A DNA stretch of 49,572 bases. Source: Thermomicrobiales bacterium. GTDB lineage: Bacteria; Chloroflexota; Chloroflexia; Thermomicrobiales; UBA6265. The stretch covers positions 1 through 49,572 of the forward strand of contig JAXDKI010000106.1 in the NCBI GenBank assembly GCA_034667245.1, given 5' to 3'. The notes under the pieces were generated by a model that saw only the letters and a program-made list of their open reading frames with translations, did no database searches and was not told the DNA's origin. This document shows, in pieces, positions 8,922 to 19,652 of the stretch (position 1 is its first letter; each line of letters opens with the position of its first letter). Both the position numbers and the translations under genes were made by a program.

Positions 8922-11120
8922 TTGCCAGTCGCCCCCGGACAATGGCGAGAGGTCGCACTCAGCGACGAGGAGTATTACCAGATCGTCGAGCTCCTCGGTC
9001 GTGAACCGACCCCGGTCGAGCTCGGCATGTTCGGCGCGATGTGGAGCGAGCACTGCGGCTACAAGCATTCGCGGCCACTGCTGAAACGGTTCCCAACCGA
9101 GGCGCCGTGGGTTCTCGAAGGGCCGGGCGAGAATGCCGGCGCCGTCGATGTCGGCGAAGGCTACGCGATCGTCTTCAAAGTCGAGTCCCACAATCACCCG
9201 AGCGCGGTCGAGCCCTACCAGGGTGCCGCGACGGGTGTCGGCGGCATCGTCCGCGACATCTTCACGATGGGCGCCCGTCCGATCGCGATCCTCGACTCCC
9301 TCCGCTTCGGCCCGCTCGCCGAGTCACGCAACCGCTACCTCTTCGATAACGTGGTCGGCGGGATCGGAGGATACGGCAATTGCCTCGGCATCCCGACAGT
9401 TGGTGGCGAACTCTTCTTCGACCCGTCATTCAGCGGCAACCCGTTGGTCAACGCAATGTGCGTCGGCGTGGCGCGACACGACGGGATCATGCGCGCCAAG
9501 GCGAGCGGTCCGGGAAACATCATCGTCCTGATCGGCGCCGACACGGGGCGAGACGGTCTCCACGGCGCGACCTTCGCCTCGGTCGAAGATCCGGAGTCCT
9601 CCCATCGCGGTGTGATCCAGGTTGGCAACCCGTTCCTCGAGAAGCTTCTGCTCGAAGCCTGTCTCGAGCTGCTCGAAGGCGACGAAGTCGTGGCGATGCA
9701 GGACCTCGGCGCCGCTGGACTGACCAGCTCGACCGTCGAATGCGCCAGTCGCGGCGGTGTCGGTGCAGACATCGACGTCGCGCTCGTGCCACGGCGTGAA
9801 GCCGGCATGTCCGCCTACGAGGTGATGCTGAGCGAAAGCCAGGAGCGGATGCTCCTGGTCGTTCGACCGGACGGCCTTGAGCGGGTCCGAAGCGTGGTCG
9901 AGAAGTGGTCGCTCCATGCGGCGGCGATCGGCCGGATTACCGACGACGGCATGGTCCGGATTCGCGACGGCGACCAGGTGGTGGCGGAGGTTCCCGCGCC
10001 GCTCTTCACGGATGAATGTCCCACTTACGTTCGCCCGGCGGCTGAATCTCCGGCTGTTCGATCCGCGCGTGAAACGGATCTGTCGAAGATCTCCGACATC
10101 TGCCCCGAGGAGACCCCCCAGGTCCTCCTCGATCTGCTGGGGTCACCGAACATCGGCAGCCGACGCCCGGTTTTCGAGCGGTATGACCACACCATCTTGA
10201 CGAATACGGTCGTGCCCCCTGGACAGGCGGACGCCGCTGTCCTTCGGATCAAGGGAACGGAGCGTGCGATCGCTACGGCGATCGACTGCAACTCCCGTTA
10301 CTGCTTTCTCGATCCGGAATTGGGCGGCATGCACGCGGTGGCGGAGGCGACGCGGAACGTGTCGTGCGTCGGGGCGACGCCGCTCGCGATCACGAATTGC
10401 CTCAACTTCGGGAGTCCAGAGAAACCGGCCGGGTACTATCAGCTCGACCGGGCCGTCTCTGGGATGGCAGCCGCCTGCACCGTCCTCGGCGTTCCGGTGG
10501 TTAGTGGAAACGTCAGCCTCTACAACGAGACTGCCGACGCGGCGGTCATGCCGACGCCGACCGTCGGTGCGGTCGGTTTGATCGAACGGGCCGACCGCCA
10601 CGCGACGATGCATTGGGCGGCTGGTGACACCGTGATTCTGCTCGGCAGCCAAACAGCGACGATCGGCGGCAGCGAATACCTCGCGGTTCACCACGGGATG
10701 ACCGCAGGGAGGCCGCCGGCTCTCGACCTCGACCTTGAACGGCGGGTCCAGGAATTGGTGCGCTCGTCGATTGCCGACGGAGTGATCCGAACGGCGCACG
10801 ACTGCTCAGAGGGTGGACTCGCCGTCGCCCTCGCCGAAATGGCGATCGTCTCGAACGTCGGCGTTGAGGTGTCGTCGCCACCGATCGGCACCGACCAGCG
10901 CATCGACGACGTGTGGTTCGGCGAAGCCGCGTCCCGCATCGTCATCACCTGCGACTCTGACACGTTGCCTGAGATCGGGCGGCGAGCCGAAGCGCTACAG
11001 GTTCCCCTGGTACGGCTCGGCATCGTCGGCGGCAGCGACATCGCCTTCGGCGGGGCCGCCCGACTGCCACTCGCCGTCGTTCGGGCCAGATACGAGGGTG
11101 CGCTGGATTACTTGTCATAA
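8922..11120 (+). CDS. purL: FGAM synthase subunit PurL
   Basis: MWSEHCGYK, KVESHNHPS, DLGAAGL, SESQERM and GNVSLYN motifs. Confidence 0.98.
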   Translation: MPVAPGQWREVALSDEEYYQIVELLGREPTPVELGMFGAMWSEHCGYKHSRPLLKRFPTEAPWVLEGPGENAGAVDVGEGYAIVFKVESHNHPSAVEPYQGAATGVGGIVRDIFTMGARPIAILDSLRFGPLAESRNRYLFDNVVGGIGGYGNCLGIPTVGGELFFDPSFSGNPLVNAMCVGVARHDGIMRAKASGPGNIIVLIGADTGRDGLHGATFASVEDPESSHRGVIQVGNPFLEKLLLEACLELLEGDEVVAMQDLGAAGLTSSTVECASRGGVGADIDVALVPRREAGMSAYEVMLSESQERMLLVVRPDGLERVRSVVEKWSLHAAAIGRITDDGMVRIRDGDQVVAEVPAPLFTDECPTYVRPAAESPAVRSARETDLSKISDICPEETPQVLLDLLGSPNIGSRRPVFERYDHTILTNTVVPPGQADAAVLRIKGTERAIATAIDCNSRYCFLDPELGGMHAVAEATRNVSCVGATPLAITNCLNFGSPEKPAGYYQLDRAVSGMAAACTVLGVPVVSGNVSLYNETADAAVMPTPTVGAVGLIERADRHATMHWAAGDTVILLGSQTATIGGSEYLAVHHGMTAGRPPALDLDLERRVQELVRSSIADGVIRTAHDCSEGGLAVALAEMAIVSNVGVEVSSPPIGTDQRIDDVWFGEAASRIVITCDSDTLPEIGRRAEALQVPLVRLGIVGGSDIAFGGAARLPLAVVRARYEGALDYLS

Positions 11121-11184
11121 CACGACGCTTGTACTGGCTGCGGTGTACAATCGCACGGAAAGTGGATCTGCGTCGGGGGGTGTC

Positions 11185-12594
11185 ATGAGGGACGACAAGC
11201 CACACGAGGAGTGCGGCGTCTTCGGAATCTATGGCCCCGGCGAGGATGTGGCGCGGCTCACGTTCTTCGGGTTGTACGCGTTGCAGCACCGTGGACAGGA
11301 GAGCGCTGGTATCGCGACCTCGGATGGTGAACGGATTCACATCCGAACAAGGCTCGGACTTGTCAACCAGGCGTTCGCCGAAGACGACTTACGAGATCTT
11401 CCCGGCTTGATCGCGGTCGGGCACGCACGGTACTCGACCACCGGCACCAGCAATGCCTGCAACGCGGGTCCGCTCGTATCGGACAGCAACATTGGACCGA
11501 TCGCCGTTGCACACAACGGCAATCTGGTGAATGCCTACGCGTTGCGGTCCGAGTTAGAGGAGCGGGGTGAGCGCTTCGTCACCACGACGGACAGCGAAGT
11601 GTTGACGCGCCTGATCGCCCTCAGTCCCGGCGACGAGATCGTTGCCAAGATCAGACGCGCGATGCCACGGATGATCGGTGCCTACAGCCTGGCAATCATG
11701 ACCGCCGATCGACTGCTGGCGGTTCGCGATCCGCTTGGCGTCCGTCCACTCTGTATCGGACGGCTTGGCGATCATTGGGTGATCGCGTCCGAGAGCTGCG
11801 CGCTGGCGACGGTCGGGGCGACGCTCGAACGAGAAGTGGTGCCCGGGGAGATCGTAGAGATCGACTCGACGGGACTTCGCTCGCATTTGCCCGCACAAAC
11901 CGGCCGCCATGCGACCTGCCTCTTCGAGTTGATCTACTTCGCGCGACCTGACAGCATGATCTACAACCAGCGTCTCCACCTGGTCAGACAGCGAATGGGC
12001 GAAGAACTGGCGCGAGAAGAACCGGCCGACGCCGACATCGTCGTTGGCTTGCCCGACTCGGCAACCCCGGCCGCCATCGGCTACGCGCGCGCCTCGGGTC
12101 TCACCTATATGGAGGCGCTGATCAAGAACCGGTACATCGGCCGCACCTTCATCCAACCGGATCAACGATTGCGCGAGATGGGCGTTTCCCTGAAGTTCAA
12201 TGCCCTGCCGGAGGTCCTCGAAGGTAAGCGCGTCGTGCTCGTCGACGACACGATCGTCCGCGGGACGACGAGCAAGCCGATCGTCCAGCTACTCCGGCAG
12301 GCCGGGGCAAAGGAGGTACACATGCGGGTGCACGCGCCCCCGATGATGTGGCCCTGTTACCTCGGCGTCGATCTCGCGCAGCGCGAGGAGTTGATCGCCG
12401 CGCGAATGAGCGTGCCGGAGATCGGCAAGTTCATTGGCGCCGACAGCATCGGCTATCTTTCCCTGGAGGGGCTGCTGCGCGCCATCGGTGTCTCGGACGG
12501 ATTCTGCACCGGTTGTCTAACCGGGAACTACCCCGTGCCCGTGCAGTTGTCGATGGACAAACTGGTCCTGGAACGCGTTCCCGTCGGCGCTTGA
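11185..12594 (+). CDS. purF: Amidophosphoribosyltransferase
   Basis: EECGVFG, LQHRGQES, HNGNL, PRPP-binding VLVDDTIVRGTT, and the Fe-S Cys motif FCTGCLTG. Confidence 0.97.
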   Translation: MRDDKPHEECGVFGIYGPGEDVARLTFFGLYALQHRGQESAGIATSDGERIHIRTRLGLVNQAFAEDDLRDLPGLIAVGHARYSTTGTSNACNAGPLVSDSNIGPIAVAHNGNLVNAYALRSELEERGERFVTTTDSEVLTRLIALSPGDEIVAKIRRAMPRMIGAYSLAIMTADRLLAVRDPLGVRPLCIGRLGDHWVIASESCALATVGATLEREVVPGEIVEIDSTGLRSHLPAQTGRHATCLFELIYFARPDSMIYNQRLHLVRQRMGEELAREEPADADIVVGLPDSATPAAIGYARASGLTYMEALIKNRYIGRTFIQPDQRLREMGVSLKFNALPEVLEGKRVVLVDDTIVRGTTSKPIVQLLRQAGAKEVHMRVHAPPMMWPCYLGVDLAQREELIAARMSVPEIGKFIGADSIGYLSLEGLLRAIGVSDGFCTGCLTGNYPVPVQLSMDKLVLERVPVGA

Positions 12595-12673
12595 CGAGGC
12601 GAGTTGGTCTGCCTAGAATCGGCCGGCTGTTCGGCCGTCGCCGGACGGGTTGTCCTGTCCGAAGGGAGCGTCT

Positions 12674-13804
12674 GTGACGATAATCGAGAACGCGTCTGCC
12701 GAGCGTCGGACGCCGATCTACGAGAGACACCTCGCGCTCGGCGCCCGGATGGTGCCCTTCGCCGGTTGGACCATGCCGGTCCAGTATTCGGGCATCATCA
12801 ACGAGCACCGGGCGGTGCGAAGCCAGGCGGGCTTGTTCGACCTCGGGCACATGGGTCAGGTCGATGTCTCTGGACCCGATGCGCTGGCTTTCCTGCAATA
12901 CGTGACGACCAACGACGTCTCGACCCTCGAACCGGGCGATGCTCACTACTCCCTGCTGCCCAACGAGCAGGGCGGCGTGGTGGACGACATCATCATCTAT
13001 CGCAATCCGGCCGGCGACGGCTACATGGTCGTGATCAACGCCTCGAACCGGGACAAAGACGTCGCCTGGCTGCAGAGACACGCTGCCGCACGTAATGACC
13101 TCGACGTCGCGGTAAAGGACATCTCCGACCGCACCGGGATGATCGCGATCCAGGGGCCGGCGGCCGAGCGGATTACCCAAGTGCTGACCGATCTCGACCT
13201 GTCTGGAATGCCATACTGGTCCTGGCACAGGGCGACCGTGGCAGGTGCCGCGGCGATGATGGCTCGTACCGGGTACACCGGAGAAGACGGGTTCGAGTTC
13301 TACACGTCGATCGACGACATCGGCCCGTTGTGGGACGCGCTGATGGAGGCCGGCAAAGCAGAAGGCATCGTGCCGGTTGGCCTGGGCGCGCGCGACACAC
13401 TTCGGTTGGAGGCTCGGATGCCGCTCTACGGGCAGGAGCTGGCCGACGACATCGGGCCTCTCGAAGCCGGACTCGGTTGGGCGGTCAAGCTCGACAAGGG
13501 CGACTTCGTCGGTCGCGACCACATCGCCGCGATGAAGGAGTCGGGGCCGCCGAGGCGGACCGTCGGCTTCAAGCTGACCGAACGAGGTGGATCGCCACGG
13601 ACCCATTACGAAGTTCGGGTCGAGGGCCGTCCGGTCGGCGAGGTCACCAGTGGCGCGATGTCGCCGACGCTCGGCGAGAACATCGGCTTGGCGCTCGTCG
13701 AGACCGACGTCGCCGGGATTGGCAAGCCGCTCGAGGTGGTTGTTCGTGACCGGCCGGTGGCGGCCGTCCAGGTCAAAACCCCGTTCTACAAACGACAGAA
13801 ATAG
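12674..13804 (+). CDS. gcvT: Glycine cleavage aminomethyltransferase T
   Basis: FAGWTMPVQY, FDLGHMG, RTGYTGEDGFE and GLGARDTLRLEA motifs. Confidence 0.97.
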   Translation: MTIIENASAERRTPIYERHLALGARMVPFAGWTMPVQYSGIINEHRAVRSQAGLFDLGHMGQVDVSGPDALAFLQYVTTNDVSTLEPGDAHYSLLPNEQGGVVDDIIIYRNPAGDGYMVVINASNRDKDVAWLQRHAAARNDLDVAVKDISDRTGMIAIQGPAAERITQVLTDLDLSGMPYWSWHRATVAGAAAMMARTGYTGEDGFEFYTSIDDIGPLWDALMEAGKAEGIVPVGLGARDTLRLEARMPLYGQELADDIGPLEAGLGWAVKLDKGDFVGRDHIAAMKESGPPRRTVGFKLTERGGSPRTHYEVRVEGRPVGEVTSGAMSPTLGENIGLALVETDVAGIGKPLEVVVRDRPVAAVQVKTPFYKRQK

Positions 13805-13842
13805 ATCGCGCTGACAGCGCCCAGATGAGAGGATTGGAGAGC

Positions 13843-14235
13843 ATGGCGTCGCCGAAGGACCTCCGGTACACCAAGACACACGAGTGGGTTCGCGTGGATG
13901 GGGACCTCGCCACGATTGGGCTGAGCGACCATGCCCAGAGTGAACTGGGCGACATTACGTACCTCGAATTGCCGGATGTCGGCGACGAGATCGCTCAGAG
14001 CGATCCGCTCGGCGTCGTCGAATCGGTCAAGGCCGCCTCGGACATCTACGCGCCGGTGGGCGGTGAAGTGGTCGAGCGAAACGAGGATGTCGTCGGCACA
14101 CCGGAGCTCGTCAACCAATCTCCCTACGAACGTGCCTGGCTGATCAAGGTCCGGCTGACGGATCCGACACAAGTTGAATCGTTGATGCCGTCCGATGAGT
14201 ATGACCAGTTCGCGGAGACTGCGGCTTCACACTGA
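13843..14235 (+). CDS. gcvH: Glycine cleavage H protein
   Basis: YTKTHEWV and the lipoyl-Lys motif ESVKAASD. Confidence 0.97.
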   Translation: MASPKDLRYTKTHEWVRVDGDLATIGLSDHAQSELGDITYLELPDVGDEIAQSDPLGVVESVKAASDIYAPVGGEVVERNEDVVGTPELVNQSPYERAWLIKVRLTDPTQVESLMPSDEYDQFAETAASH

Positions 14236-14290
14236 CCACCCGCCTGCAATCGATCCTGACCAACAGATACCGAAGGGACCCGAATCACCT

Positions 14291-15631
14291 ATGACGTTCA
14301 ACCCGCATACACCGGCGGACCGGCGCGAAATGCTGAGCGCGGTCGGGGTCGACTCGATCGAGAGCCTCTTCACGGCAATCCCCAAAGCTGGTCGTTTCCC
14401 GACGCTCGACCTGCCACCCGTATTGACAGAGATGGAGGCGGCTGCCCGGCTCTCAGAGCTGGCGGCCAAAAACGTGGTCCCGAGCAACGGGAATACGTTC
14501 CTTGGCGCAGGCTCGTATCATCATTACGTCCCTGCCACTGTCGGGCAGATTCTCTCCCGCGGCGAGTTCTATACGGCGTACACGCCCTACCAACCCGAGG
14601 TGGCCCAGGGAACGCTCCAGGTCATCTACGAATTCCAATCGATGGTCGCGGCACTCTTCGCGATGGATGTCGCGAATGCCTCGATGTACGACGGCGCCAC
14701 CGCCCTCGCCGAGGGCGTGCTGATGACGGTGTCCTTGCCGAAAAAGAAACGGCGGATCATCGTCTCGGGAACGGTTCACCCCAGCTATCGGGAAGTGTTG
14801 CGAACCTACACGACAGGTCTCCCGGTCGAGGTGATCGAACTGCCGATTCCGACCGAGGGCTTCGTCACCCAAGCGGAGGACTTCCGACCGCACCTCGGCG
14901 AAGGGCTGGCGTGCGTCGTCGTCCAGTACCCCAACTTCTTCGGCGCCATCGAAGACGTCGCGGCAGTTGGCGATCTTGTGCACGCCGCCGGCGGCTCGCT
15001 TGTGGTCAGCACGTTGCCAGTGCCGCTGTCGCTGCTGAAACCGCCCGGCGAGCTCGGGGCGGACATCGTGACCGCGGAAGGGCAATCGCTCGGCGTGGCG
15101 CAGAGCTACGGTGGTCCCTACGTCGGTCTTCTCGCCGCCCGGCAATCGTTCGTCCGCCAGATGCCCGGACGCCTCGCGGGGATCACGACCGACACCGAGG
15201 GGAAACGCGGTTTCGTCCTCACGCTGCAGACGCGCGAGCAGCACATCCGGCGCGAGAAGGCGACGAGCAACATCTGTACCAATCAGGGGCTCATGGCGAC
15301 TGCGGCAACCGTCTACATGGCGAGCGTCGGCCCCGAGGGATTCCGCGAGGTCGGCCGCCGCTGCTACGACAACGCGCATTATCTGGCCGAACGTCTCGCC
15401 GAGTTGCCCGGCTACGACCTCGCGTTCGACGTCCCGTACTTCCACGAGTTCGTCGTGCGTACGCCGATTCCTGCCGCCGACGTCAACCGACGCCTGGCCG
15501 ATGCTGGCATCATCGGGGGCTACGATCTCGCAAGGGTCGACCCAGCGCTCGATCATCATCTCCTGCTTTGCACGACCGAGCTCAACGACCGGGCGGGGAT
15601 CGACGCGCTGGTGACCGCGCTTTCGAGTTGA
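14291..15631 (+). CDS. gcvPA: Glycine dehydrogenase subunit 1 (P protein alpha)
   Basis: FLGAGSY, YTAYTPYQPEVAQG, NASMYDGATA and REQHIRREKATSNICTN motifs. Confidence 0.96.
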   Translation: MTFNPHTPADRREMLSAVGVDSIESLFTAIPKAGRFPTLDLPPVLTEMEAAARLSELAAKNVVPSNGNTFLGAGSYHHYVPATVGQILSRGEFYTAYTPYQPEVAQGTLQVIYEFQSMVAALFAMDVANASMYDGATALAEGVLMTVSLPKKKRRIIVSGTVHPSYREVLRTYTTGLPVEVIELPIPTEGFVTQAEDFRPHLGEGLACVVVQYPNFFGAIEDVAAVGDLVHAAGGSLVVSTLPVPLSLLKPPGELGADIVTAEGQSLGVAQSYGGPYVGLLAARQSFVRQMPGRLAGITTDTEGKRGFVLTLQTREQHIRREKATSNICTNQGLMATAATVYMASVGPEGFREVGRRCYDNAHYLAERLAELPGYDLAFDVPYFHEFVVRTPIPAADVNRRLADAGIIGGYDLARVDPALDHHLLLCTTELNDRAGIDALVTALSS

Positions 15632-15803
15632 GCGGTCCCCGGTTTGTCGCGTCGAGTCGAGGTACTCAGGCGTTCTGATATACTGCCGGTTTGCCGGTCG
15701 CCGAGGCACCGGTATTTTGGTTTGCCAAACAGCAACGGCGCGGGCGGACTTCATGTGCCAGACGGCTCCGCGCAGTGATCGTGCCGTCGGGAGCGGGGTA
15801 TCC

Positions 15804-17141
15804 GTGTCAAAGCCAATCGTCGCAATCGTTGGTCGCCCAAACGTCGGCAAGTCGACCCTTTTCAACCGCCTCGTCGGTGAGCGCCGCGCGATCGTCGAGG
15901 ACGCGCCGGGCACGACCCGTGACCGCGTCTACGGCTCCTCCGATTGGGGCGGGATCGAGTTCACCGTCGTCGATACGGCGGGTCTGCAAGACGAGCAGGA
16001 GATCATGACCTCATCGCTCGCGGAAATCGCCCGGCGTACTCGCGAGCAGGCGCAAAGCGCGCTCGACGAAGCCGACGTGATCGTCTTCCTGGTCGACACG
16101 AAAGCTGGACTCACCTCAGGCGACCAAGAGGTCGCCGAGTTGCTCCGACGAACCGATAAACCGACGATCCTCGTCGCGAACAAGGCCGACAACCTGCACC
16201 GCCGCGAAGACGCCGTCGAGTTTTACTCCCTCGGCCTGGGTGAGCCGATCCCCGTCTCCGCCATCCACGGCGCCGGCTCCGGCGACCTCCTCGACCGCAT
16301 CGTCGAGGCGCTGCCGGAGTTCGAAGAGGAACCGGAGTCCGAAGGACCGAATATCGCGATCGTGGGTCGGCCAAATGTCGGCAAGAGCCGTCTCCTCAAT
16401 GCCTTGATGGGTCAGGAGCGATCAATCGTTAGCGATGTCCCCGGTACGACCCGCGACAGTCTGGACACGCAGTTGGTCTGGGAAGGTCAACCGCTAACGT
16501 TGGTCGACACGGCCGGCATCCGGCGTAAGGGGCGGGTCGAGCAAGGCATCGAGCAGTTCAGCGTCCTTCGGTCGATGCGAGCGATCGACCGCTCGGACGT
16601 GGTGCTCCTGGTGATCGATGCCACCGAGAGCTTCACCGCCCAGGATCTCCACATTGCCGGGTACGTCGAAGAGCAGAAGAAGGGTCTGGTGGTCGTCGTC
16701 AACAAATGGGACCTCGTTGACAAAGGTCCGACGACGATGGAGACCTACCGGACAAAGGCGCAGGAAGCGCTCAACTTCATGCCGTACGCCCCATTGACCT
16801 TCATTTCCGCCAAGTTCGGACAGCGCGTTCATCAGGTGATGGACACGGCCCTGCAGGTCGTCGAGGAGCGCAATCGACGCATTACCACCGCGCAGCTCAA
16901 CAAGATCCTCCGCGAAGCCGTCTCGAATCATCCGCCGGCGAGCAAGCCGGGTAAGTGGGTGAAGTTCTACTACGCCACTCAGGTGGACGTTTCGCCGCCG
17001 ACCTTCGTCTTCTTCGTCAACGACCCCGCCCAGATCCACTTCTCGTACCGACGCTACCTCGAAAATCAGCTTCGCGAGACCTTCGGATTCACCGGGACTC
17101 CGATTCGGATGAGCTTCCGCGGCCGCGAAGAGAACGAATAG
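15804..17141 (+). CDS. der: Ribosome biogenesis GTPase Der (EngA)
   Basis: Two GRPNVGKS/DTAG GTPase domains and a C-terminal KH-like domain. Confidence 0.98.
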   Translation: MSKPIVAIVGRPNVGKSTLFNRLVGERRAIVEDAPGTTRDRVYGSSDWGGIEFTVVDTAGLQDEQEIMTSSLAEIARRTREQAQSALDEADVIVFLVDTKAGLTSGDQEVAELLRRTDKPTILVANKADNLHRREDAVEFYSLGLGEPIPVSAIHGAGSGDLLDRIVEALPEFEEEPESEGPNIAIVGRPNVGKSRLLNALMGQERSIVSDVPGTTRDSLDTQLVWEGQPLTLVDTAGIRRKGRVEQGIEQFSVLRSMRAIDRSDVVLLVIDATESFTAQDLHIAGYVEEQKKGLVVVVNKWDLVDKGPTTMETYRTKAQEALNFMPYAPLTFISAKFGQRVHQVMDTALQVVEERNRRITTAQLNKILREAVSNHPPASKPGKWVKFYYATQVDVSPPTFVFFVNDPAQIHFSYRRYLENQLRETFGFTGTPIRMSFRGREENE

Positions 17142-17217
17142 ACCAGTTTCCCCGGCCGGTGCGTTGGGTCCTACTCGTCGCGCTTCATCTCGATCTCTAC
17201 GGACCCAACCTGTCCGG

Positions 17218-18195
17218 CTAATCCGCATATCCGGCCGGATGCCGCTGGAACCACTCCCAGGCGCTGCCGATCATCTCATCGAGGTTGGACCGCCTCGGCT
17301 GCCAGCCGAGAAGCGTCCGGGCGCGGGTGCTGTCGGCAATCAGGACCGGCGGGTCTCCCGCCCTGCGAGGCGCGTACTCGATCGGGAGTTGGCGGCCGGT
17401 GACGCGTTCGACGGCCTCGACGATCTGCTTCACCGAGAAGCCGTCGCGTGTACCCAGATTGAGTGCCCCCAATCCCTGGTCGAGCTCGTCAAGTGCAAGC
17501 AGGTGGGCCTCGGCGAGGTCGACGACGTGGACATAGTCCCGGATTGCGGTGCCATCCGCCGTCGCGTAGTCGGTGCCGAAGACCTTGAATCGGTCGAACT
17601 TCCCGAGCAGTGTCAGCAACGCGACCGGAATGACGTGCGTCTCCGGTTCGTGGTGCTCACCGTGGACGGCTGTCGCCCCGGCGACGTTGAAGTAGCGAAA
17701 AGCGACGTATTGAAGACCGTAGGCAGCGGCGTGCCAGGGCAGCATCTGCTCGACGATCAGCTTGGAGAGCCCGTACGGGTTGATCGGCTGAGTCGGGGCA
17801 TCTTCGGTCACCGGAATGGTTTCGGGGACACCGTAGACGGCGGCAGTCGAGGAGAAGACGAACCGCCTTACGCCCGCTTCGCTCATAGCCGCGAGCAAGT
17901 TATGGGAACCGACCGAGTTCGCCGCGAAGTATGCGGCGGGGTCGGCAACGGACTCGGGAACGATTGTCGCGGCACCAAAATGCATGACGGCGTCTGGCCG
18001 GGCGGCGCGGACCGCCTCACTCGTCGCAGCGGCGTCGCGCAGATCCACGTTCAGCAGTTCGACCCCGGTTGGCACCGCACCACGATGGCCCCGCCAGAGA
18101 TTGTCGAGAACGATCACGTCATCGCCGCGCTCAGCAAGCAACTCGACCGCGACGCTGCCGATGTATCCGGCACCGCCGGTAACCAGGATCCGCAT
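17218..18195 (-). CDS. galE: UDP-glucose 4-epimerase
   Basis: MRILVTGGAGYIGS, FSSTAAVYG, YGLSK, RYFNVAGA and RDYVHVVDLA motifs. Confidence 0.95.
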   Translation of the reverse strand: MRILVTGGAGYIGSVAVELLAERGDDVIVLDNLWRGHRGAVPTGVELLNVDLRDAAATSEAVRAARPDAVMHFGAATIVPESVADPAAYFAANSVGSHNLLAAMSEAGVRRFVFSSTAAVYGVPETIPVTEDAPTQPINPYGLSKLIVEQMLPWHAAAYGLQYVAFRYFNVAGATAVHGEHHEPETHVIPVALLTLLGKFDRFKVFGTDYATADGTAIRDYVHVVDLAEAHLLALDELDQGLGALNLGTRDGFSVKQIVEAVERVTGRQLPIEYAPRRAGDPPVLIADSTRARTLLGWQPRRSNLDEMIGSAWEWFQRHPAGYAD

Positions 18196-18349
18196 GCTGT
18201 CCTCTTCTACCTCATCCGCTGCCAGCGCGGCAGGATCGCCACGGACAGCATGGTACACTAGCCGGGTGGCCCGCCCCGGACGAGTGACGTATTTTCCGCA
18301 CTTTCCGACTGCGAGTAGCTCCGTCATCTTTCGCTTGTGAGGTTTCGCG

Positions 18350-19609
18350 ATGATCAGCGCGCCGCCGTCTCTCCTGACGACCGACCCGGATGTTGCCGCG
18401 GCAATCGAAGGCGAAGTTCGCCGGCAGCGTGACGGCATCGAGTTGATCGCCTCGGAGAATTTCGTCAGCGGCGCCGTGCTGAGCGCTGTCGGCAGCGTGC
18501 TCACCAACAAGTATGCCGAAGGGTATCCCGGCAAGCGCTACTACGGCGGCTGTGAGTTCGTCGATCAGGTCGAGACTCTCGCCATCGAACGAGCGAAGGC
18601 CCTCTTCGGCGCCGAGCACGCAAACGTCCAGCCGCACTCGGGCGCAAACGCCAACCTGGCGGCGTACCTGGCGCTCCTCAATCCTGGAGATAAGATCCTC
18701 GGTCTCAGCCTCCAGGAAGGCGGGCACCTGACCCACGGTCTCGGTGTCAATTTCTCCGGACGGCTCTTCGACGCCCATTTCTATGGCGTCGACAAGGCAA
18801 CGGGATTGCTCGACTACGACGCGCTCCTCGCGAAGGCGAAGGAGGTCCGACCGCGGGCGATCATCTCGGGAGCGAGCGCGTACAGCCGTCAGCTCGATTT
18901 CGCGCGGTTCCGCGCCGTCGCCGACGAAGTCGGCGCGTACCTCTTCGCCGACATCGCGCACCCTGCCGGACTGGTCGCGGCCGGATTGCACCCGAGCCCG
19001 ATCCCACACGCGCACGTCACGATGACCACCACTCATAAGACGTTGCGTGGACCGCGCGGGGGGATGATCCTCACCAGCGAAGAGTTCGCGAAGGCGATCG
19101 ATAAGACGATCTTCCCCGGACTCCAGGGTGGGCCGCTGATGCACGTCATCGCCGGTAAGGCGGTCGCCTTCGGCGAGGCGCTGCAACCCGCCTTTCGTGC
19201 CTACTCGCAAGCGATCATCGACAATGCGCAGGCACTCGCATCGAGCCTCATCGACAGGGGGCTCCCCATCGTCTCGGGCGGCACCGACACCCACGTCATG
19301 CTCGTCGACGTCGGCGCGATCGGGCTGAGCGGGAAGCAAGCCGAGAAGGCGCTGGATGCCGTCGGTATCACCGTGAACAAGAACACGATTCCGGGCGACA
19401 CCCGTCCTCCTACCCAGGGCAGCGGCATTCGGCTCGGGACGCCGGCGATCACGACGCGGGGCTTCGGCATCGCGGAGACGCGCCAGATCGCCGAGATGAT
19501 CGCCGCGGTGCTCTCTGACCTGGATAACGTCGCCGTGCGGGAGCGAGTCGCCGATGAAGTGCGCGAACTCACCTCGCGGTTCCCACTGCCTGGAGCCGAC
19601 GAACTTTAG
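18350..19609 (+). CDS. glyA: Serine hydroxymethyltransferase
   Basis: [22 protein letters not shown] and the PLP-Lys motif [13 protein letters not shown]. Confidence 0.98.
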   Translation: MISAPPSLLTTDPDVAAAIEGEVRRQRDGIELIASENFVSGAVLSAVGSVLTNKYAEGYPGKRYYGGCEFVDQVETLAIERAKALFGAEHANVQPHSGANANLAAYLALLNPGDKILGLSLQEGGHLTHGLGVNFSGRLFDAHFYGVDKATGLLDYDALLAKAKEVRPRAIISGASAYSRQLDFARFRAVADEVGAYLFADIAHPAGLVAAGLHPSPIPHAHVTMTTTHKTLRGPRGGMILTSEEFAKAIDKTIFPGLQGGPLMHVIAGKAVAFGEALQPAFRAYSQAIIDNAQALASSLIDRGLPIVSGGTDTHVMLVDVGAIGLSGKQAEKALDAVGITVNKNTIPGDTRPPTQGSGIRLGTPAITTRGFGIAETRQIAEMIAAVLSDLDNVAVRERVADEVRELTSRFPLPGADEL

Positions 19610-19652
19610 GGATACTTCCGACCGACCGCGCCAACGGAGCTAGAACCGGCCC

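Noticed and set aside
12595-12673. Glycine riboswitch upstream of gcvT
   Set aside because: The gap is short and lacks the aptamer's conserved motif arrangement.
15632-15803. Structured leader before der
   Set aside because: Only short GC-rich complementarities, expected by chance; no known motif recognised.
18196-18349. ZTP or THF riboswitch upstream of glyA
   Set aside because: The conserved aptamer sequences were not found; only a -10-like TACACT and weak hairpins.
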